From an uncultured Eubacteriales bacterium (GTDB taxonomy: Bacteria > Bacillota > Clostridia > Christensenellales > Aristaeellaceae), in contig CADAQF010000008.1 in NCBI GenBank assembly GCA_902790015.1, positions 13,920 through 77,919 on the forward strand: DNA of 64,000 nucleotides. Reading direction: 5' to 3'. Made by a program: the position numbers and the translations under genes. Below, one piece after another: positions 61,279-64,000 of this stretch; positions within the stretch are counted from its first letter, which is position 1; each line of letters begins with the position of its first letter. The notes beneath the pieces are model-generated. The model had not been told where the DNA came from and did not search any database. It saw only the letters and a program-made list of their open reading frames with translations.

Positions 61279-62610
61279 TCAGTACATGACAATATACCGG
61301 TCGATCTCCCACTGGCTTACGTGGGTGCGGTAGGCGTCCCATTCCTTTTCCTTGCCCTCCACATACTGGGAAAGCACGTGCTCGCCCAATGCGCTGCAGA
61401 TGACGTCGTCCGCCTTCAGGCAGTCGATGGCTTCGCGGAGCGTCCCGGGCAGGGAATGAATGCCCTTTGCCTTCCGGGTTTCCCCGTCCATGGCGAAGAT
61501 GTTCTCGGTGATTTCATCCGGGGGTGTCAGGCCCTTTTCAATGCCGTCCAGGCCCGCGGCCAGGCACACCGCCATGTTCAGGTACGGGTTGCAGCTGGGA
61601 TCGGGGCAGCGAAGCTCCACGCGGGTGCCCATGCCCCGGGAGGCGGGGATGCGGATAAGGGCACTTCGGTTGCTGGCGCTCCAGGCCAGATAGCAGGGGG
61701 CTTCATAGCCCGGCACCAGGCGTTTGTAGCTGTTGACCAGGGGATTGGTGACGGCCGCCATGCCCCGTACGTGGGCAAGGATACCGGCGATGAAGGCGTA
61801 AGCTTCTTTGGAAAGGCCCCGCTTGTCAGAAGGATCGGCGAATACGTTTTTCCCATCCTTGAACAGGCTCATGTTGGTGTGCATGCCGCTGCCGTTGATG
61901 CCGAACACCGGCTTGGGCATAAAGGTGGCGTGCAGGCCGTTCTTCTGGGCCAGAGTCTTTACGGCCAGCTTGAAGGTCATGATGTTGTCGGCGGAGGTCA
62001 GCGCGTCTGTATACTTGAAGTCGATCTCGTGCTGACCCGCTGCCACCTCGTGATGGCTGGCTTCGATCTCAAACCCCATCTGTTCAAGCGTCATGCAGAT
62101 TTCGCGGCGGGTACTCTCCCCGTGGTCCAGGGGGCCTAAGTCAAAGTAGCCCGCTTCGTCGCCGGTGGTGGTCGTGGGGCGGCCCTGATCGTCCGTCTGG
62201 AAGAGGAAAAACTCCATCTCCGGCCCTACGTTGAAGGAATACCCCATGTCCGAGGCCTTTTTAAGCTCCTTTTTCAATACGCCCCGGGGATCGCCGGCAA
62301 AGGGCGTGCCGTCCGGGTTGTACACGTCGCAGATGAGCCTGGCCACCTTTCCGTGCTGGGGCCGCCAGGGCAAAATGGCGTAGGTATCCAGGTCGGGCCG
62401 CAGGTACTGGTCGCTTTCGTTGATGCGCACGAAGCCCTCGATGCTGCTTCCGTCGATCATGATCTGGTCGTTGACGGCCTTTTCGATCTGGCTGGCGGTA
62501 ATGGCCACGTTTTTCAGCTGGCCGAAGATATCGGTGAACTGCATCCGGATAAACTCCACATCATCTTCCCGCACCATGCGGATGATGTCTTCCTTGCTGT
62601 ACTTGCTCAT
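61279..62610 (-). CDS. glnA: glutamine synthetase, type I
   Basis: 443 aa. [18 protein letters not shown]...DGSSIEGF...PWRP...[10 protein letters not shown]...[15 protein letters not shown]...MPKP..G.NGSGMH.N.SL...[13 protein letters not shown]. Confidence 0.95.
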   Translation of the reverse strand: MSKYSKEDIIRMVREDDVEFIRMQFTDIFGQLKNVAITASQIEKAVNDQIMIDGSSIEGFVRINESDQYLRPDLDTYAILPWRPQHGKVARLICDVYNPDGTPFAGDPRGVLKKELKKASDMGYSFNVGPEMEFFLFQTDDQGRPTTTTGDEAGYFDLGPLDHGESTRREICMTLEQMGFEIEASHHEVAAGQHEIDFKYTDALTSADNIMTFKLAVKTLAQKNGLHATFMPKPVFGINGSGMHTNMSLFKDGKNVFADPSDKRGLSKEAYAFIAGILAHVRGMAAVTNPLVNSYKRLVPGYEAPCYLAWSASNRSALIRIPASRGMGTRVELRCPDPSCNPYLNMAVCLAAGLDGIEKGLTPPDEITENIFAMDGETRKAKGIHSLPGTLREAIDCLKADDVICSALGEHVLSQYVEGKEKEWDAYRTHVSQWEIDRYIVMY

Positions 62611-62627
62611 GAAAAGGCCTCCTTCAC

Positions 62628-62672
62628 AAAATAAAAAGGGCAGGGGAACCCGAACAACTTGGCTCCCTTGCC
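62628..62672 (-). terminator. terminator-like hairpin + U-tract in the very short glnA leader
   Basis: Minus strand: GGCAAGGGAGCC aaguuguuc GGGUUCCCCUGCC (11 pairs, 1 mismatch, 1 G-U) followed by CUUUUUAUUUU, then the GAAGGAGG RBS. Confidence 0.55.
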
Positions 62673-62684
62673 TTGCATGCGCAA

Positions 62685-62713
62685 ATTGTACAGCCGGTTT
62701 TTTCCAAAGTCAA
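62685..62713 (-). promoter_or_regulatory. candidate glnA promoter
   Basis: Minus strand: TTGACT, 17 nt, TACAAT. Confidence 0.45.
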
Positions 62714-62773
62714 GGGGGCGGATTGTATTCCTGATGTATTTCGTGCGCCGCTGTTTTTTGGCTGTATTCCGTC

Positions 62774-62803
62774 TTGACAAGGCGGCGGTCCCGGTGCTAC
62801 AAT
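62774..62803 (+). promoter_or_regulatory. promoter of the T-box-asnB unit
   Basis: TTGACA, 18 nt, TGc-TACAAT (extended -10). Confidence 0.6.
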
Positions 62804-62825
62804 GCCCGCAAATTTCACATTCCAA

Positions 62826-63095
62826 AGCGATGCGGAAGCAAAGTACCCGGGGAGCGCGGCATGAAAGAGAGCGGTAGTTGGTGAAAATCCCGTATGAGCG
62901 TCCCGGCGAAGAACCCTTCCAAGCCCAAGCCGAAAAGCGTTGTGCTCAGTAGGGGAGGCGGGGCGGACGGCCCGTTACAGCCGTCAGGGCTTGGCGGAAG
63001 CATGGGGTCTTCCAAGAGCCTGACAAAGAAGCAAATCAGGTGGCACCACGGAGCGGCGGCCTTCGTCCTGAAATATCAGAGACGAAAGCCGCCCA
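62826..63095 (+). promoter_or_regulatory. T-box leader, probable Asn (AAC) specifier
   Basis: Stem I elements GCGAUG..GAAG..AGUA, AGAGAG and GGUGAAAAUCC. Specifier-loop GAAGAACCC (AAC at 62912-62914). Stem II AGUAGG, F-box CCGUUA (62972-62977). T-box AAAUCAGGUGGCACCACGG (63033-63051). Terminator helix GGCGGCCUUCGUC/GACGAAAGCCGCC. Confidence 0.85.
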
Positions 63096-63114
63096 ATAAA
63101 CGGAGGTGCCTTTC

Positions 63115-64000
63115 ATGTGTTCCATTTTCGGCGTGACTTCGAGATCCATCCCGGTGGAAGCCCTGAAGCAGTGTTTTGACCACACGATTTCAAGAGGCCC
63201 GGACATGAGCCGCTTTGAGCAAATCCCCGTCGGTTACCTGGGTTTTCACCGCCTGGCCATCATGGGCCTGGATGAACGGGGCATGCAGCCCTTTCATCTG
63301 AACGGGGACGCCGTGGTGTGCAACGGGGAACTGTACGGCTTCCGCCCCCTGCGGGACCGGCTGCTGGCCAGATACGAGCTTCAAAGCCAGTCCGACTGCG
63401 AGATCCTGCTGCCGCTGTATCACGAGTACGGCGTGGAAATGTTCAAGACCCTGGACGCGGAGTTTGCCCTGATCCTGTGGGATGATGAACAGCAAAAGCT
63501 CATCGCCGCCAGGGATCCCATCGGCATCCGGCCGCTTTATTACGGCAGGCTTTCCGACGGGGAATGGGCCTTTGCCAGCGAGCCCAAGAACCTGATGGGT
63601 CTGTGCGAACAGATCCTGCCTTTCCCGCCGGGCCACTACTGGATGGACGGGCAGTTCATCCAGTACGCCGATCCGGCTTACGTGGGCTATTTCACCATGA
63701 AGACCGAGGAGGAGGTGTGCGCAAAGCTCCGCCGCCTGCTGATGGACGGGGTGCAAAAGCGGCTGGACGCCGACGCGCCCATAGGCTTCCTGCTCTCCGG
63801 CGGGCTGGATTCCTCCCTTGTCTGCGCCATCGCCCAGCGGATGACGCCCCATCCCATCCGCACCTTCGCCATCGGCATGGACGTGGACGCCATCGACTTA
63901 AAATACGCCCGCCTCGCGGCCGACTATATCGGCAGCGACCATACCGAGGTCATCATTTCCGAGAAGGATGTACTCGATACCCTGCCCGCCGTCGTGGAGT
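63115..64000 (+). CDS. asnB: asparagine synthase (glutamine-hydrolysing), N-terminal part (3' end outside window)
   Basis: MCSIFGV Ntn-Cys start 6 nt after GGAGGTG. ...HRLAIMGLDERGMQP...CNGELYGF...EFALILWD...RDPIGIRPLYY..., then the PP-loop FLLSGGLDSS. The frame is open to the window end. Confidence 0.9.
   Translation, partial: MCSIFGVTSRSIPVEALKQCFDHTISRGPDMSRFEQIPVGYLGFHRLAIMGLDERGMQPFHLNGDAVVCNGELYGFRPLRDRLLARYELQSQSDCEILLPLYHEYGVEMFKTLDAEFALILWDDEQQKLIAARDPIGIRPLYYGRLSDGEWAFASEPKNLMGLCEQILPFPPGHYWMDGQFIQYADPAYVGYFTMKTEEEVCAKLRRLLMDGVQKRLDADAPIGFLLSGGLDSSLVCAIAQRMTPHPIRTFAIGMDVDAIDLKYARLAADYIGSDHTEVIISEKDVLDTLPAVVE

Overview
This 64 kb window looks like a high-GC Firmicutes (Clostridia-like) chromosome segment. 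The lineage call is an inference from Gram-positive PolC, an ECF-type RibU, a T-box leader, an FMN riboswitch, a glmS-type ribozyme and low-GC-style sigma-A promoters. It is almost entirely housekeeping and lies in five strand blocks.

- **Plus, 1-9590:** metal ATPase tail, ArsR/CadC-like regulator, IMPDH-family gene, mnmG, mazG/yabN, hup, then ribozyme-LbH-glmM-nagB.
- **Minus, 9679-18737:** CpsB-type phosphatase, a sugar ABC transporter, rpmB, rmuC, recR, ybaB.
- **Plus, 18870-52712:** FMN riboswitch-ribU-(riboflavin kinase::tsaE)-tsaB-rimI, secDF, recJ, relA, dtd, frr-uppS-cdsA-dxr-rseP, a 2-gene low-GC islet, ispG-polC, rimP-nusA-ylxR-ylxQ-infB-rbfA-nrnA-truB, tRNA-Thr.
- **Minus, 52923-62610:** glnA-ANTAR-gltB-gltD-glmS.
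- **Plus, from 62774:** T-box-asnB.

No CRISPR array, transposase, integrase or prophage gene was seen.

The points most worth a second look are:

1. A glmS-class ribozyme sits in front of a GlmU-C-like/glmM/nagB operon, while glmS itself has no ribozyme and is attached to the nitrogen-assimilation cluster.
2. A low-GC islet (PD-(D/E)xK DUF1016-type nuclease plus a WG-repeat protein) is wedged between rseP and ispG.
3. A riboflavin kinase::TsaE fusion lies behind the FMN riboswitch.
4. A duplicated 68-nt structured intergenic element carries a compensatory base-pair change.
5. Both permeases of one ABC transporter have unusual N-terminal membrane extensions, and one of them is encoded by a sharply AT-rich patch.

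All calls come from reading the sequence and the ORF translations. No database search or covariance-model scan was run.
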